64,000 bases of DNA from assembly GCA_037447605.1 (NCBI GenBank), contig CM074809.1:610689-674688 (forward strand), written 5' to 3'. Made by a program: the position numbers and the translations under genes. This stretch comes from Zygnema circumcarinatum SAG 698-1b (taxonomy: Eukaryota; Plantae; Zygnematophyceae). The notes beneath the pieces were generated by a model. It was not told where the DNA came from. It worked only from the letters and a program-made list of their open reading frames with translations, and did not search any database. Below are positions 22,482 through 35,343 of the stretch, piece by piece (the first letter of the stretch is position 1; each line of letters opens with the position of its first letter).

Positions 22482-23978
22482 GCCGGATGTCCCGGAGATT
22501 GTGGTGGGAGACCCATTAAGGCTCCGCCAAGTGCTGCTGAATCTCGTCTCAAACTCCATCAAATTCACTCCCAGGTGAGACAAGTTCACGGCCGGAACGC
22601 AGGAACAATCGTTTTGAATGTTTTCAGAAGATAGAAACAATATATCCCCTGGTATTATCTGTCAAGCTGAGTACAGAGAATGCTCTTTTTTTGTACGGTG
22701 TGCAGAGGCTCCATCTCAGTGAGAGTGAGACTATCCGACTCAGAGCAGGAGAGTGCATCCGGCAGCGAAATTTTCCACAAGGACAGGAGAAGGACTTTCT
22801 CTCACACCTCTACTCTCTGCTACTCTGTGGTCGACACAGGCGTCGGAATTTCAGAAGAAGCGATTCAACGCCTGTTTCAGGCATTCATGCAGGTAAAACG
22901 CGCTTAAATCCGGCCTGTTTTTACACAGATTTTGCTGTTTTATGTTTGCTCTATGTGAACAATATGTGTTTGCCATAACTGTCTCCTCCTTCCCTGATAC
23001 TCCTCTCCCTCCCTATCTGCCCCTGCAGGCAGACGAATCCACAAGCCGCAAGTATGGCGGCACAGGGTGAGTCAGCCCCCCTCTCTCAGTCTCACTCTCT
23101 CTCTCATTCTCACTCTTTCTCCCGCAGTCTCTCCTATCTTCTCTCGTCAACTTTTGCCAATCGATGGAACCCTAACCTCAAGTTGATAAGGCGTTTGTGG
23201 AAGCAGGTTGGGGCTCACAATTTCTAAGTCCTTAGTGGACCTCATGGGGGGCAATTTCCACGTAGAGAGTGAGGTGGGCCAGGGCTCTACCTTCACATTC
23301 AGTGTGTGTGTGGGAGTGAATGAGCGGCCCACCCTCCCCGCTCTCACTCCCACTGAGAGGCCTCTCTTTGTCTCCGAGGAGGGGCTGAGAACTCTGCGCG
23401 TTTTGGTAGCAGAAGACAACAAAGTGAACCAAATAGTCATCAAAAAAATGCTCAAAAACTTGGATGTTCATTGCGATCTTGTGGAGAATGGGGTCCAAGC
23501 GGTGGAGGCATGCTTAGCCACAAATTATGACATCATCCTCATGGTAAGTTGTTGCCCAAAAACCCGAAAAACCCCTTAAAACCCTAGGATGGGGTTTTCG
23601 AGTTGGAACTTAAGAGGTGGGACTTAACCATAACTCCCTACCTTATAAGCCTGTTACTGAAGCGCCTCCCTCCCTCCCTCCCTCCCATCCCTTCCCTTCC
23701 AGGACTGCCACATGCCTGAAATGGACGGCTTTGAGGCCACCCAGAGGATCCGACGGCTGCAGCCCTCCCTCTCCTCTCCTGCATGGACTCAGCCCCTCAT
23801 AGTCGCTCTCACTGCGGGAGCACTTCGCCACGAGAGGCAGCGTTGTGAAGATTCCGGAATGGACGTGTTTCTCACCAAGCCTGTGAGGCATCAAGACTTA
23901 AAAGAAGTCTTCTTGGGGGAGCTGGAGGGAGCCTACGGCTCTAGGAAGATGCCTTGCCTTCCAAACGAGGAGAGTTGA
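22482..23978 (+). CDS. Hybrid histidine kinase, C-terminal part (HATPase_c + receiver domain); N-terminus lies in the gap
   Basis: Exons 22482-22574, 22706-22892, 23029-23066, 23207-23543, 23703-23978. Motifs: [21 protein letters not shown] (N box), DTGVGI (G1), LFQAFMQAD (F), YGGTGLGL (G2), [18 protein letters not shown] (phospho-Asp), ALTA, FLTKP. Confidence 0.93.
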
Positions 23979-24772
23979 ATTTTAGGGTTTGAGTAATTTC
24001 TGGTTCCCATTGTTTTTTCGCCGGGAGAGCAGCTGTCGACGTTTACAATCACCAACTGCATGCCAAGCAGTTCGCATATTTGAGGGGAAGGGAAGGTGAA
24101 CAGGCAGTTGGTTATTGTAAAGTTGACCTTCTCCCCTCCCCCCCACCCTCTCTCTCTCTCTCTCCCTCTCTCACACCGTCTCTCGCTCTCTCACGACATT
24201 TAATTTTATCTGTAGCTTACGTTAGCTACGGTGAAGTTGGTGCTCGACGGGCACTTCACGGATATGTGGCTTTTCGCCTCCGTTTGGGTACTTATTTTTA
24301 CGCTTTCTAGGCTGTATAGAAACACGGGATAGTCTCAGATGGAAACTTCGGCATGTAAAGTGACCGGTAGGAAGAGAGCCGGTAGCTGTGTTTTCTTTCT
24401 GTAAAAATGGATCGATATTCTCCTATTGTAATTTCCACACCACACTATGTGGGTGAATTTGGTGTGAAGGATATATTAGCTGAAACATTTGTAGCGTTTA
24501 AATAAGCTTTTAGACTGCACCACAGGCACAAGCCTGAAGGTCGCACTTCAGTACATACAAACATTTGGTTCATGTTTTGTTTCCCTTCAGTTTCAACTGC
24601 CTTTCGGAAATTTGCCAAAGAGATTTGAGTATTTTGTTATAAAACTGGTCCTCGAGAGACATGGATATTACTATACAGAGGTCGCTTGCATGCCATTCCA
24701 AGAACCAAAATCTCTATGTTGACTTGCTTGGCAGTCTCCAAAAACTGTACAATAGAGGAAGCAGTGCAGGCC

Positions 24773-27335
24773 TCAGAGCGCCTCTTTGGGGTCCTTCCCG
24801 AAGCCCATCAAGCCGTGCGTGATGACCATGTTCACTCGCCGAAGCCCTCGGGCCCACCCACTCAACGGCTTCGAGTTCCACCTGCAGTGGGCGCCACAAG
24901 TAGAGTTTGACGGGAGGGGGGGGGGGGGGAGGGGGGAGAAGTGAGGACGGGAGGGGGAGAAAGTGAGAGTGGGAGAGGGAGAGAAGGGAGTGGAAGAAGG
25001 GAGTGGGAGAGGTGGGGGAGAAGGGGAGCAAGGGAGAGGGAGGGAGAGAGGTGAAGGGGAGAGAGAGAGGGAGAGGGGGAGAGATGAAAGGGAGATGGAG
25101 AAGGGGAAGAAGAGGGGAGAGGGAGAGGGAGAGCGAAGGGGGCGAACGAGGGAGTGGGAGAAGGCGAGAGCGAAGGTGGGATTGGGTGGGAAAGTTTTGA
25201 CTTGCCTGTCTTCATGAAGGACAACTTTTCCGTCGCTCATCTGCAGCACAGAGGGCAAGCGAAGCAATGAAAGATTCATCTCCCAAACTCCTCAGCTACA
25301 TGACACCAAAAGGGTCCCAACTTCCCTCCCAATATCTACGAGCACCCCGACACCAACCCTCCCACATCTTCCCTATGGGGCATACTGGGGAAGGCAAAAC
25401 CGTCACTGTTCTTACAAAGGACGCATCATTTAAACTCTGCATAGTATTTCGTAACGTATCCACGCTCACTACAACACAGACCCAAGTCCCTTTCCGAAGT
25501 CACCTTCACAGACCTTTCAGAACACATTATTCACAGACACGCTCTCCATGTATTCCTGTACCTCAATGATGATGGTCGTGTCTGTGTCGAAGGATCGACC
25601 CATCGTTTCGTAGTGCTGCTTGTTAACGACGGTTATCTGCCGAATTCAAAAAAATAATTTCAGATCAGGGCCGCCATGAAAAACACCTCCATCCCCTCCA
25701 CACCATCTATCCTCTTAGATAAAAAATACCTTGACATGTGCAACTATCTCCTCTGCTCCCTAAACGAGAACCAAAAATACGAAATGAAATGACACCTCAA
25801 CTTTTTCCCTAAAGTTCTAGTACAGGAAAAATAGTTAAAATAGACATAGGGATAGTTAACACCTTTCCGGTGCCCGGAGAATCTTCCTTCTCCTCCAACT
25901 TATATTCCACAATCTTCGCAACTTTGAAGAGCTGCATTGTCACAATGTCACACACCGCTCAGTATGGTCCTCCTCAAGGTGCGCCCCCTGCTGTTCTCAC
26001 TTTCCTGATTTTTAATTTATCTGACATTCTTCATTTTTATCATACACAAAGAGATTATCAGATCATTACATTATATATCTACTTAACCTAATCTACATAT
26101 GTACGTGTTGGAGAGAAGGGGGAGGGGAGAAGAGGAGAGGATTCGGGGAGAGGTAAGAGAGTATGTGGTAAAACTAATGTTGTGATTGCTGAACACACGC
26201 CTTGAAGTCCAATAAGGTAGCATTCTAGTCGATGTTCAATAAAGTCACGTGATATTTGATTGCAAAAAACACAAAATAGGCTAGAAGATGATCTACTTCA
26301 TTCTGCCATGCAGGATTCAGAGATAATTCAAGAAAGTTACGAAAGGTCACATCAGGAATCACTCTCACCTTTGCCAAGGAGTAAAATGCGGATTTAATCT
26401 GCGGAACTCTGCAAAGCACACAACAAGTGAAGTACTCATGTTTTTAGCCCTAAAGCAGACCTCTCCAGACTCTCGAACTTTTAACAAAATTGATCCTATA
26501 ACAAGCGACAGAATCAGTCGGTGGAACTCTCGTGAAAACATCCCTTTGCTTTATTTTATATAGAATGTGAATGTTGTAACGAAAATCCTGTTTGTGGAAT
26601 TAAACGTCGGATAAAGCCGAGGAGAAGTTACCCTTGCGCTCTCATGAGTGGATCTTCAAAGACGGCATTTGGAGCGTAGATCTCAAAATCAACCGCCTTC
26701 GGCACTCCTCCATAGCTGCAAAGCGAAAAATTCTAATGAAATACGAGAGAGAGCGAGAGAGAAAAGGGGGGAGGTGAGGGAGGAGAGGGTAGAGAGTGGA
26801 CGACTGTGTGTGCGTGTCAAAGAGAGAAAGAGAGGGCGAGAGAGGAGGGAGAGGAAGAGGGTGGGGAGAAAAAGAAAGGAGACGGAGACAAAGAAAGCAG
26901 GGGAGAAAGAGAGAGGAGAGGGGAGATAGAGAGAGGGGGAGAGAAAGTGGGAGAAAGGAGGGAGGGGTGAAAGAGAGAGAGAGAACATACAGCCTCAAAA
27001 TTTGCGGCCAAACAGTTCTGGCCAGAGGACCGAGAGGCATGTCTTTTCCAGGGCCTGCATCTCCCCAGAACGAAAGGAAGAAATCAATACACCTCACTTC
27101 CACCTTGGACAGTGCAAGATACGCTTTTCGAGTTCAGAATAGAAAGCCAAAGCACAGTAGAGGACTAGTCATTTGAAAAAAAAAAGAGAAGGGAGAATAC
27201 GAAAAATAAAGAGTGTTAAAAAAAGTGTTTACGTGTCTCATCCTAATCTTTAACATTTGATAAAAAGTAAAAGTCGCTTTTTATTTTCTCACCGTCGGGA
27301 AACGTCTGCCCAATGAAAGCGCTTTCACTCGCCAT
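24773..27335 (-). CDS. SnoaL/NTF2-like domain protein (conserved plant uncharacterised family)
   Basis: Exons 27335-27293, 27054-26991, 26715-26632, 26408-26369, 25931-25863, 25636-25562, 25240-25206 (GC donor), 24881-24773. Sequence includes LYGG..DFEIYAPNAVFEDPLMRAQG, IKSAFYSLAK, NKQHY, VVLHEDRWNSKPL and THGLMGFGKDP. Confidence 0.85.
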
Positions 27336-28760
27336 CAGAGGTGGGAGACCTGGGAAGACCGAAAAATCCAAAAAAGAAAGATTCGAATAAGAACTGCAAT
27401 GAACAGCTTTCGTCTAAATAAGGCGAATAGAATAGACGGAATAAAAACGATTCAAACAATTAGAAAATTGAGGAAGCTTAAGTCTGCCCATAAACTTTTC
27501 CCATTTTTCAGCACAAATTTGACGAAAAACAAACGAAGTAGACGGAAAAATAAACCGAACCCAATTCAGAACGCAAAAAGCCCATCTCAGAACACTCCTC
27601 AGAAATAAAATTCCGCTTCTAAAAATCTCTCAAGATATGAAGGAAACAAGGGAAGTTCAGCACACCTTGCTCTCGCTCGAAAGTGGCGAAGACAGAGCAC
27701 CTTCGTTCAACTCCGTCTCTTTATTTTATTAAAGACTCCTTTGGAGAGAAGGACGACTAAAGGATCGCCACATGGCAGGTGCCAGGGATCGTACGGTCCT
27801 CGAGGAGCCACGTGGCAGCATCGCAGCGTGCCACGACTTGACAGGCACAAAGGAGCTTGCGTTTCGGGCAGATTAAACGCATTTGTTGACGCAAACAGCA
27901 ATGGGACTGTGCCACGTGTACATTCAACACTTGCAAACGTTTTTTTGGGCAGTCGAGTACAGGTCCTGGGACAGGGAACGTGACGAGACAGTGGCACTTG
28001 TGAGAGAGGGTTCGCGGCAACTTCGTGGTAGCTACGTGGCAGTTTGGCATGCGCAGATGACAGTTTTTCGGGCAGGAATATTTTTTTTTTATGTGACACT
28101 TGTAAACTCTACGTTTGATTGGTTCATTTTACATTGTCCATTCCATGCTCGACTTGCCACGTGTGAAGACATTTTCGGGCAGCCTGTAAATATGAAACTT
28201 TTGTACGCGTGCGAGTAGAGGGTGCCACGTGTCACGCAACTAGAGCTCGGAGACACGTGTGACGAGGTAAAGTGACTGGAAGATGGACTGGCATGTGTGA
28301 GGAGGCGACGTGACTGGGAGATGAACTGGCACTTGTTAGGAGACAAAGTGATTGGAAGATTCGCACGAGACTGAAATTGTGGTTTGAATTTTTTTCTTTC
28401 GCAAATTTCTTAGTGTAAATATTCCGACTTGGGAGGCCCAATGCAAATGACAAAAACATTTTGGGCCAATTTTTTTACTGGAACAAGAAACTGACTTCTT
28501 ATAATGCGAGTGACTGGACGTACATTTGAAAATACTTCAAAAAACATCAAAATTTTGCCGAAGACGAAAAAGAAATTGTGAAGCGAAGGTGCAGACACAA
28601 CACAGAAAAAAGCAAAAAGGGAAAGGAAGCAGATATTCTTCGCAATTTTTTTTTTTTTTTTTTTTTTGTAATATCAGCAACAAACATGGCAACCATTTAC
28701 AAACCACAAACTCGAAGTTTAGTTTCGAATTTGTGCTCGGCCCGCTGCTGAACCCCTCGC

Positions 28761-28816
<56 letters not shown>

Positions 28817-29303
28817 CAGGCAGCAGCGCCAACCCTGCAAACCCTAACCCTAAAACCCTACAACCAAGTTCCTCGGCAAAAACCCTAAACCGCCTGGAAG
28901 CTTTGAAGGCGTTTAAACCTCGACACGGATCCAATCCTTTGCAGAAGATGCAAAAAAAAAAAAATATGAAAGGGGAGTGAGGCCCCGCCCTCCTCTGCTC
29001 TCTATCGCCCGCCTGGTCAACGCGAGTCAACGTCAGTCAACGCTGGTAAACGATCGAAACAAACCCTAAAAACCTTGGCAGCAGCAGCAAGGGCAAAAAA
29101 AAGCACCTACGAAAGCCTCCCCTGCTCTGCACTGCACTTGATTGCTTCATTGATTGATTGATTGGTTGATTGCAGAAAAAGGGGCTCCGAATTAAAGCAA
29201 TAGTAATAATAATTATTAAAAAAAAAGGGAGAAATTCCCGAGCACGCGGAACGTCACTCTCCTGCTCCGTCCGTCCGTACGAAAAAAAGGCTACGCTGCT
29301 GAG

Positions 29304-29807
29304 TTAAGCTCGGGCGCTTAGCCCTAACGGATGGTGAGGGCGAGCGGCGGGCGGCGCGGGGTGCGAGGGCGTGACAGCGCAGGCGATGAGCGCCGCCATG
29401 GCCAGCACGGGGAGGAGGAGGACCGCGGCGGGCGGGGGGGGGAGGGGCGGGAGGAGCGCGGGGAGGGCGAGGACCAGGAAGAGGAGGGCGGCGGCGAAGA
29501 GGAGCGAGGACGAGGAGGACAGCAGCGAGGCGCGCATCTCCGCCTCCATGCGCTTTTCCTCGCGCCACCAAGCTTCGGCCATGGCGGCGGCGGACTCGGC
29601 GGACGGCTTGTCAGCGAGGCAGGGGAAGGGGTCCATGGCGGCGGCGGGGGAGGGAAAGGGGAGGGTAGGACGCGTGTCGAGCGCGGAAGCGGCGCGGGGT
29701 AGGGACGGGGCGGAGGGGGGTGGTTCGGGGGAGGTTCGGGGGAGGGAGGGGAGGGCGGCCATGGCGGGCAGGGGGGCGAGGAGGGCGCTGAGGGGAGGGC
29801 GCTCCAT
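29304..29807 (-). CDS. ARGOS-like: ARGOS/OSR-like small membrane protein (single exon; start ATG could be 29807, 29762, 29636 or 29582)
   Basis: LLFLVLALPALLPPLPPPPAAVLLLPVLAMAALIACAVTPS shows two hydrophobic segments around the PPLPPPP motif that defines the OSR domain. Confidence 0.75.
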   Translation of the reverse strand: MERPPLSALLAPLPAMAALPSLPRTSPEPPPSAPSLPRAASALDTRPTLPFPSPAAAMDPFPCLADKPSAESAAAMAEAWWREEKRMEAEMRASLLSSSSSLLFAAALLFLVLALPALLPPLPPPPAAVLLLPVLAMAALIACAVTPSHPAPPAARPHHPLGLSARA

Positions 29808-31836
29808 GGCGTAAAACAGAGGCTCGGTTGGCGGCACGGATCGGAAGACGGGAGACTCACGGAACGCGCACATTGGCGGGAGAGGGAGAGAGGAGTGGGA
29901 GGGAGAGGCAGAGGGAGAGGGAGAATGCGAGGGAGAGCGGGGGAGGGAAAGGGGGAGAGAGAGAGAGAGAGGGGGGGAAAGGGAGCGAGGGCGATGGCCG
30001 TGTGAGAGGCGGGCGGCTATGAAGGGAAGCGAGGGGTTCCGGACAGTTTTTCTTGTCGTTTTCGGGAGGAGACGCGGCCGTTGCGCGACGCGTGGCAGAC
30101 TTTGGCGCGTAGTGGGGTCGGGGGTTTGTGCGGGCCTTGTCGCGACGCGGCGGATTGGAGAAATCGGATTCCTTAGCGGTTGAATATGTACGATATCGTA
30201 CGGCATCCGTGCTGAGTCGGATGAGCGCTGGCCCATAAGACAAATTAACATTAATGAGGGTGGCTTTTCTGTGGTCGAGGAGGCCGCCGGCTGCCACGTC
30301 GCGCCAGCGCATGGCTGCGCTGGGCGGGAGCATTTAATACGCCGACAAGCGCTGGCTGACGCGGCCCGGCGAGGTGATACCACGTGTAGTGGAAGCAAAT
30401 CGTGTGCTCCCATTCGTGGAATGGCGTGAATGAGACAAATCAGGGCTGGACTTGGGGGAAAAGTTCCAAATGGAGGAGCAACTGTAGCCGGCGCAAAGGC
30501 GTTCGTCCAGAGATCGGTCGTACAGATTCGTACTTGCACAACCGACAAAATGGAATGTACGTGCAGAGAATTTGGAGCTTGGCCTTATTGTGACGTGGCG
30601 GACAGAGAGTGGTCAACACTATAGGCGTCCGTACAGCACAGCTCCACGTCTCCAAGTCCAGGGATTTAGGATTTGCGGCAACATGGAACTAAAGTTACAG
30701 TCCAGTTCGGACGACCGAGAAAACGGTTCACATGCTACCTTACAATCCTACTTTACTGGGAATTTCTGCATGAAAATGGTTGAAGTCAAGAAATCTAGGC
30801 CCGTAGAAACAGGAAATTTAGGAAATTTTTGTAAAATAGTTCCTCACAGAATTGCTACAGAATTTGTACAGCTACTACCGTAAAACCGAACAGGTTGAGA
30901 AATTGAGAAACGAGTTTACGTCATTTCTCAATTCTCAATCTTATTACTGAATAGGTTGGACTTTGAACACTGGAGGTCGAAACTTTTTCGATTTAAGAAA
31001 GCGAAAAGTTTTAAGGAAAAAGTTCAAACACTCAATGTCTTTGGTCGCATGTGTGGATTCCAGTTTTTGCCACGTTGGTTCTGTTCAATTGGTTCTCCAT
31101 AAAACTTCAACAAAAAATATTGAGAATAAGAATTAGGAATTCATTTCGCATTTCTCAAAATGAATCGTGTTCACATATATAGGGTTTTTTTTTGAGAAAC
31201 TGGTTTTGAAAGTTATATTTTAAATTGAGAAGCCAAAAAATCTTTAATTTCGTTTTTTCTCAACCTGTTCGGTGGTACGGTAATGCCTCGCCACGTTCGT
31301 GCCGTACAAACGTACGAGGACCGTCCATCTGCAGATCTGACGGCAGTTACGCGGAGAGGTTGGGCAGCGCTACAGCCAACAGGCTACAGGCTGCTGGCCA
31401 CCACCTACAGCGCCGGGCTGCAGGCTACAGCCCGCGCCATTGGACCCGTCCACGAGCCGGTTCCATTCTCGGAATCTCGGGTAGAGTCCCGACCGTTTGG
31501 GCCGCCAGCCCTCGGATCTCCACCAGATCTTTCGCGTCCAGAAACAGTACTGGCTGCCACGTGGGCTAATCATATGAGCCAACCACGTCAGCTCCCACCT
31601 GAAAAATCTGATTCGATCAGATCAAATCAGAATCTGCCTCGTAAAGTCCGTGCAGATCCGCCCAGATTCTTGACTATGCTCCATGTCAACAGCGTCCCTG
31701 TGCACCAGTAACAGTATGGAAACGGAACGGCGTGGGTGACTGGGCACATGGAAACCCTAATCTTTTCTGCCGGCGCCCCGACCGTTTCCTGAATCCTGAA
31801 GTGTGTGTTTTCTCTGAGCTCGCTCTCCCGCCCGCC

Positions 31837-34770
31837 ATGGCTGCCGCAGCCCTCTGCCACGTGTCTCCTGCCGCTTCGCTAGAGGGCGTGCTCCACCACC
31901 GGTCACTGCCACGTGGCTATGCGTACTCAACGCCACGTGTCAGCAACCTCTTCTCTTCCTGCGGGCTGCGAGGGAGGATGGTGGCTGCGAGAGCTCCAGG
32001 GAAGGAGGCGTTGCTATTTGGAGGAGGAGGGGAAGGGGGGGGAGGAAGAGGAAGGAGAGGGGGAGGGAGAGGGGGAGGAGGGAGAGGGGGAGGAGGGAGG
32101 CCATGGGGGAGTGGCGGGGACTCCCATGGCGGCGATGGGAGCTCGAAGGGTGAGGGCTATGGCGGCCGCTCTTTCTCACTCTGGGAGAGGTGAAGGAGAG
32201 ACATTCCAAAAGCCTGACTAGTTGAAAATGTGCTTTTTTTAGCTCGTTGTTTTTAAAGTCTTTATTTTTTATTTTATTTTTAATTTGTTTCAGTTCTGCG
32301 CCTATTGTCCGGAGGTGGGCGGGGGGTTGGGCAGGGCGGGGCAAAGCTTTAAAATTTCTTTTTCTGTTTGTGGAGATTGTCTTATTGCTTTCCGGAGGAC
32401 TTTTTTTGTCATTGAACCACTTGAATAGAATCATTGATTTCTTAATTAAAAAAACAAAAAACCTTAAATTGTTGCAGTCGTTCATCTTAACCTTGAACGA
32501 CAGGTGTATATATATTTTTCTCTCTCTCTCTCTCTCTTAAATTCGAATACTTGAGCAGCTTGAAAATGTGGAGTACCTCAAAAGAGTTTTTAAATGAACA
32601 TGAAAAGAGTGCAAACATTGGCCATTAAAAAGGGCAACTGCTACCCTCACTCTATCCCCAACTCAATCCCTCTCTTTCTTACTCCCTCTCTCTCCCTCTC
32701 ATTCCCTGTCTCTCTCTTCTATCTCTTCCTCACTTCCCCTTCGTTCCTTTCCCTCCATTTGTCCACCTCTCTTGTCCTCCCGCCACTCCCCCCCTCTCTC
32801 CTTCCCTCTCCTCCACTCTCCCTCGCCGACTCTTCTCTCCCTCTTCTTTCTTTCTCCTTTCCCCTCTCACCGCAGCTTCCGTCGAGTGTATATGCTGCCA
32901 CAGGTACCTCGCCCTCCTGGAGAGCTCTCCCCTCTCTACAAAGGCCCTCACTTCCATGCTCATCAACATGCTTGGAGACCTCTTCTGTCAGGTACCCTCG
33001 CCTCTCCTCTCCTCTCCTCTCCTTCTCCGCTCCCTCTCTTCTCCCTCCTCTCCTCTCGTGTCCTTCTCCTATCCCACACTTCTCCCTCTTCTCTCCCCTT
33101 TTCTTCGTCTCTTCTCCCTCTCCTCTCTTTCTCATCGCGCACTTGTCTCCCCTTCCCCTTCTCTCCCTCTCTTATCTTATCTCTTAAACCTCTTCTGCTA
33201 CAACGTTAGAGTTTGAAACCCGTTAACTCTCCTCATTCTGCATTTCATCACTCGATTCTTTGGAGGTGTTTACACCTTCAGAAACTCTTAGTGAATTGAT
33301 CTCCTGAAAACCAAATCGGGGCTACCAGGTGGCAGTGGAGGAGAGATCGACTCCGGACCGAAAGCGCTTAGGAATATCGGCACTTCTTGGACTGCTGCTG
33401 GTGGGGCCCACCCTCCACTTTTGGTGAGGGGAGCTTCAGCCATAGAGAGAGAGCTTCGCAATACGACGGTCTGATCTGCCAAGAGTTTGACTGCTTCAAC
33501 AATTGCCGCTATGGTGAATTCCCTTTTTTGTGTATTTTCACTTTTTCCCTTTCCTTGTTGTTTCCTTTTCATATTTGTATTCCGTGCCAAAAAAATGTTC
33601 CTACTCGTTTGCAGGTATTCGAGCTTAGGTCGAATTGTCACTGTTGGGGGTAATGCTGGAGCAGCCGGTCAACTGATCTTGGATCAGGTGCTGTTCATCT
33701 TCCATTCCTGATTTCCCGCCCCTTTTGTTTTTCTTCATTTTCTCCATGCACAAACGCATTAGTTGAATCCGTGGCATTAAGCAAATATTGGATCAGCAAA
33801 TAAGCAATCCGTTTTGAATAAAGGTGTTGTGAGATGTCTGCAGTTCGTATTTTCTCCTACTTTCATCTGCGTTTTTTTCGCTGCCCTCCTCACTCTTGAA
33901 GGGCGGCCGCAAGAAATTTTGCCTAAACTCAAGCAGGTGAGCGATCTGCCCCTTGATTTCTGTCTCCTCTTCTTTCTCTTCCTCTGCCTCGCCACCACGC
34001 CCTTCTCCCCCCCTCTTCCCCCACTCCCCCATCCCCCACTTCTTCCCCCTCTCCCACTTCTCCCCCCCTCCCCCTCCCTCCTCCACCCTCCCTCCTCCCT
34101 CCTCCCCCTCCCACCTCCCTCCTCCCCCTCCCTCCTCCCTCCCCCCTCCCCTCCCCCCTCCCCCTCCCCTCCCTCCTCCCCCTCCCCCCTCCCTCCTCCC
34201 CCCTCCCCCTCCCCCTCCCCCTCCGTCCTCCCCTCCCTCCCCCCTCCCTCCTCCCCCTCCCCCACTCCCTCCTCCCCCCTCCCCCTCCCTCCTCCACCCT
34301 CCCTCCTCCCCCTCCCCCTCCCCCTCCCTCCTCCCCCTCCCCCCTCCCTCCTCCACCCTCCCTCTCCCCCTCCCCCTCCCCCTCCCCCTCCCCCCTCCCC
34401 TTCCCGCGTACAGGACTCAGAACGTGTGGCTTGAAGGTGATGGCTGCAGGATTGGGGCACCACAGTGGTCACTAATTGGAAGATTTGGATTCCCTTCCAG
34501 TTCCTGAATTTCCGCCTCGTCCCGCCGCCTCTGCGGGTGAGAACATATCTTATTCCTCAACCCTAAACTCCGCCATCCCATTTGTAGTATGGCCACAACC
34601 TTCAGAAAACTAAAATTAAGTATAAGATGCTTCTCTTGCATAACTTTCTATTGAAATTGTCTTATTGATTTGTGCAGGTTGGTGCTGCCAACATAATCGC
34701 CCTCGCATGGAACGTGTATCTCTCCTTCGCCAGTCACACCAAACTGAAAACGTCTCAAGTCCCCTCCTGA
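31837..34770 (+). CDS. Mpv17/PMP22 family membrane protein with a plastid-type transit peptide and Gly-rich linker
   Basis: Exons 31837-32189, 32904-32991, 33329-33423, 33615-33687, 33844-33936, 34450-34536, 34678-34770. Motifs: PLSTKALTS...GDLFCQ, LVGPTLHFWY, LILDQ-FVFSP, NWKIWIPFQFLNFRLVP, WNVYLS. Confidence 0.92.
34020..34400 (+). repeat. C-rich (CCCCT/CCT)n low-complexity intronic tract
   Basis: About 380 bp of almost only C and T. Confidence 0.9.
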
Positions 34771-35343
34771 GCTGCAATTCAACACATCCTAAACACATCT
34801 TGTCGCCATCGTGTCACGTCACGTCATGTAACGTCTCCTTTTGATTCTGGAGGTAAACAGCAGATTGCAAAAGACCACCAAGGTTGGCCGTTTCTGTTTC
34901 TGTTGTTTTTTTTTTTTTCTTTCTTTTTTGCGAGGATCGGAAATTTTGCCCTATTTCACTAGGCACGGGATGTTGTTCAAACTTCACGTTTTTTTCCTTG
35001 TTCGCGGAATGACATTTTTGTCCTAATGAAATTCGAAAAAAAAATATATATTTGAAGAAAGCCTGTGCAATCTGATCCCTTCATTTCGTGCACAATTCAA
35101 GAGAAATTTCATTTTTTGGCCCCTCATTCCTTCGTGTTGGAGCCTCAGAAAAGGTAACTCAACATAATCTTCAAAAGAGATCCATAATGACAACGGCGCA
35201 TTATTGGTTGAAAAATTAAAACATGACATCGTCGTTTATTTTACAAGGCACGGAATTGGTTGCAACGCCACAACTCATATTCAAAGGGGGCAGAGAGAGA
35301 GAGATAGACGAAGGGAGAGAGAGAGTGAGAGAGAAAAAGAGAA

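Noticed and set aside
22361-22574. EMB1381-histidine kinase fusion
   Set aside because: The two are separated by a 100-N gap of unknown size. The rest of EMB1381 and the HK N-terminus (HisKA, sensor) are both missing.
29808-30548. Upstream extension of the 414-aa ORF containing ARGOS
   Set aside because: It is GC-rich and low-complexity with no ATG-supported domain; probably 5' UTR or promoter.
30100-30900. EIN3-binding sites upstream of the ARGOS-like gene
   Set aside because: Only partial ATGTAC matches were seen, with no full consensus.
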